DNA of 64,000 bases from Haliea sp. (GTDB lineage: Bacteria; Pseudomonadota; Gammaproteobacteria; Pseudomonadales; Halieaceae). Position numbers and translations under genes: made by a program. The notes beneath the pieces were generated by a model that was not told where the DNA came from, ran no database searches, and saw only the letters and a list, made by a program, of their open reading frames with translations. The stretch covers positions 3,855 through 67,854 of the forward strand of contig JBGTGB010000058.1 of the NCBI GenBank assembly GCA_041746975.1. The letters run 5' to 3'. This document shows, piece by piece, positions 62,810 through 64,000 of this stretch. Every line of letters begins with the position of its first letter. Position 1 is the stretch's first letter.

Positions 62810-63585
62810 AGGCCGATGACCAGCGGTTGGCGACCGTTGGGATGTTGTTGTATCAGCACCTCGGCGTGAAACAGGTCGCGAAACAGGGCCGCCGTGAGCA
62901 CCTCCCCCGGTGACCCGGTGGCTACCTGCCGACCCCGGTCCAGGACCACCAGCCGGCTGCCCACGGCGGCGGCGAGATTGACGTCGTGCACCACCAGCAG
63001 CACTGCGCAACCGCGGCCCGCAATGGCGGCAATGGCGGCTGCCAGTTGCTGCTGGTGGGCCAGGTCAAGGGCCGCTGTCGGCTCGTCCAGCAACAGGAGT
63101 TTTCCGCTCATGTCGCCGCTGTCCCAGATCTGGGCAAAGACCCGCGCCAGCTGCACGCGCTGGCGCTCACCACCGGACAGCTGGGTGTAGAGGCGGTTGC
63201 GGAGTTCCAGAGTGTCGGTCGCCTCGAGAGCATGCCGGGCGATCTCCCGGTCGATGCGAGCCCCGGTGGCGTGCGGGGTGCGCCCCAACAGCACGACTTC
63301 TTCCACCGTATAGGGGAAATTCAGCAGCGATAGTTGGGGCAGAAACGCAAGCTGCTGTGCCAGCGCGCGCCGCTGCCAGTTGCTCAGGGGTCGCCCACCG
63401 AATTCAATGGTGCCTGCGCTGGCGGCAAAGTCCCCGGCAAGCAGTCGCAGCAGGCTGGATTTGCCGGCGCCGTTGGGACCAATCAGCACTACCACCTCTC
63501 CCGCGTCCAGTTGCAGATGGATGTCCTCCAGGACCGGTTCGCCCCAGGGGGCGGCGCAGACCTCGTCCAGCACAAGCACGCTCAT
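62806..63585 (-). CDS. hmuV: ABC ATP-binding subunit, HmuV-like
   Basis: GPNGAGKSS, LSGGERQRVQLARVFAQ, LLLDEPTAALDLAHQ; ATG 63585 overlaps permease stop. Confidence 0.8.
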   Translation of the reverse strand: MSVLVLDEVCAAPWGEPVLEDIHLQLDAGEVVVLIGPNGAGKSSLLRLLAGDFAASAGTIEFGGRPLSNWQRRALAQQLAFLPQLSLLNFPYTVEEVVLLGRTPHATGARIDREIARHALEATDTLELRNRLYTQLSGGERQRVQLARVFAQIWDSGDMSGKLLLLDEPTAALDLAHQQQLAAAIAAIAGRGCAVLLVVHDVNLAAAVGSRLVVLDRGRQVATGSPGEVLTAALFRDLFHAEVLIQQHPNGRQPLVIGL

Positions 63586-64000
63586 GTCTGCATCCCGTAC
63601 TGATGTCGCTGGCGCAGCAGGGAAATGAAGAAGGGCACGCCGATCAGCGCGGTGATAATGCCCACCGGCAGTTCCGTGGGCGCCAGCACCACTCTGGACA
63701 GCGTGTCCGCCACCACCAGCAGGATGGCGCCGGCGAGGGCGGACGCAGACAACAGATAGCGATGGTCTGGGCCGATCCACAGGCGCACGACGTGGGGTAC
63801 CACCAGGCCGACAAAGGCAATGGTGCCTACCAGTGCCACCGAAGTGCCCACGCCGACCGCAACCCAGCCGATCAGGGCCAGCTTGGTGCGGTCCACGTCG
63901 ATACCCAGATGGCGCGCTTCCGATTCCCCCAGCAACAGGGTGTTCAGCGCCTGCGCGTAGCGGGGCAGGGCCAGCAGCACCGCGCCGCTGACCACGCTCG
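63582..64000 (-). CDS. FecCD-family permease (HmuU/BtuC-like), 5' end outside window
   Basis: LGESEARHLG, FVGLVVPH, PDHR, ELPVGIITALIG. Confidence 0.9.
   Translation of the reverse strand, partial: SVVSGAVLLALPRYAQALNTLLLGESEARHLGIDVDRTKLALIGWVAVGVGTSVALVGTIAFVGLVVPHVVRLWIGPDHRYLLSASALAGAILLVVADTLSRVVLAPTELPVGIITALIGVPFFISLLRQRHQYGMQT

Noticed and set aside
1-64000. CRISPR arrays, tRNA/rRNA genes, IS elements, prophage genes
   Set aside because: No regularly spaced repeats, cloverleaf or rRNA signatures, or transposase/integrase/phage motifs seen; intergenic gaps are mostly too short

Overview
64 kb of a GC-rich gammaproteobacterial chromosome; gene content suggests a marine Halieaceae/OM60-like organism (inference). 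About 50 protein genes. I found no rRNA, tRNA, CRISPR, integrase or transposase. Left to right: (1) 1-9337, an orphan catabolic/uptake cluster (TonB receptor, Na+/solute symporter, single-Cys racemase-fold enzyme, FAD monooxygenase, semialdehyde dehydrogenase, exported VOC and DUF1838-like proteins, and a nitrilase-fold enzyme whose Glu-Lys-Cys triad reads Glu-Arg-Ser). (2) 9356-13656, a sigma54/PrpR-like activator with visible UAS and -24/-12 promoter driving a CoA-transferase and an HMG-CoA-lyase-family gene. (3) About 13.7-29.7 kb, a lower-GC catabolic island (TonB receptor, 2 CoA-transferases, 2 isochorismatase-family hydrolases, a Ser-less alpha/beta hydrolase, hydantoinase/oxoprolinase A+B, CitE-like lyase, MaoC hydratase, acyl-CoA dehydrogenase, GntR/UTRA regulator). 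The same 14-bp palindrome (AATGT-N-CG-N-ACATT) recurs in four of its promoter regions. (4) 29.7-41.9 kb, mixed core-like genes (nitroreductase, amidohydrolase, class V PLP enzyme with Lrp/DecR-like regulator, sodB, fadE, subtilase, DUF2971). (5) 41988-47979, a tightly coupled 4-gene operon (membrane-anchored class III aminotransferase, PHP-phosphoesterase/GT4 fusion, PS decarboxylase, Mpo1/DUF962-like protein) preceded by an 11-bp-periodic Pho-box-like array; this is the best candidate for an undescribed system (putative phosphate-starvation lipid remodelling). (6) 48.1-64 kb: metY, IorAB-type Mo enzyme, tandem YdcZ-type DMTs, sstT, PhzF-like, TonB receptor, SLT fusion, gluzincin, YIP1 and a HmuUV/BtuF-type ABC importer. 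All family calls come from motif recognition by eye; no database search was run, and substrates are inferences.
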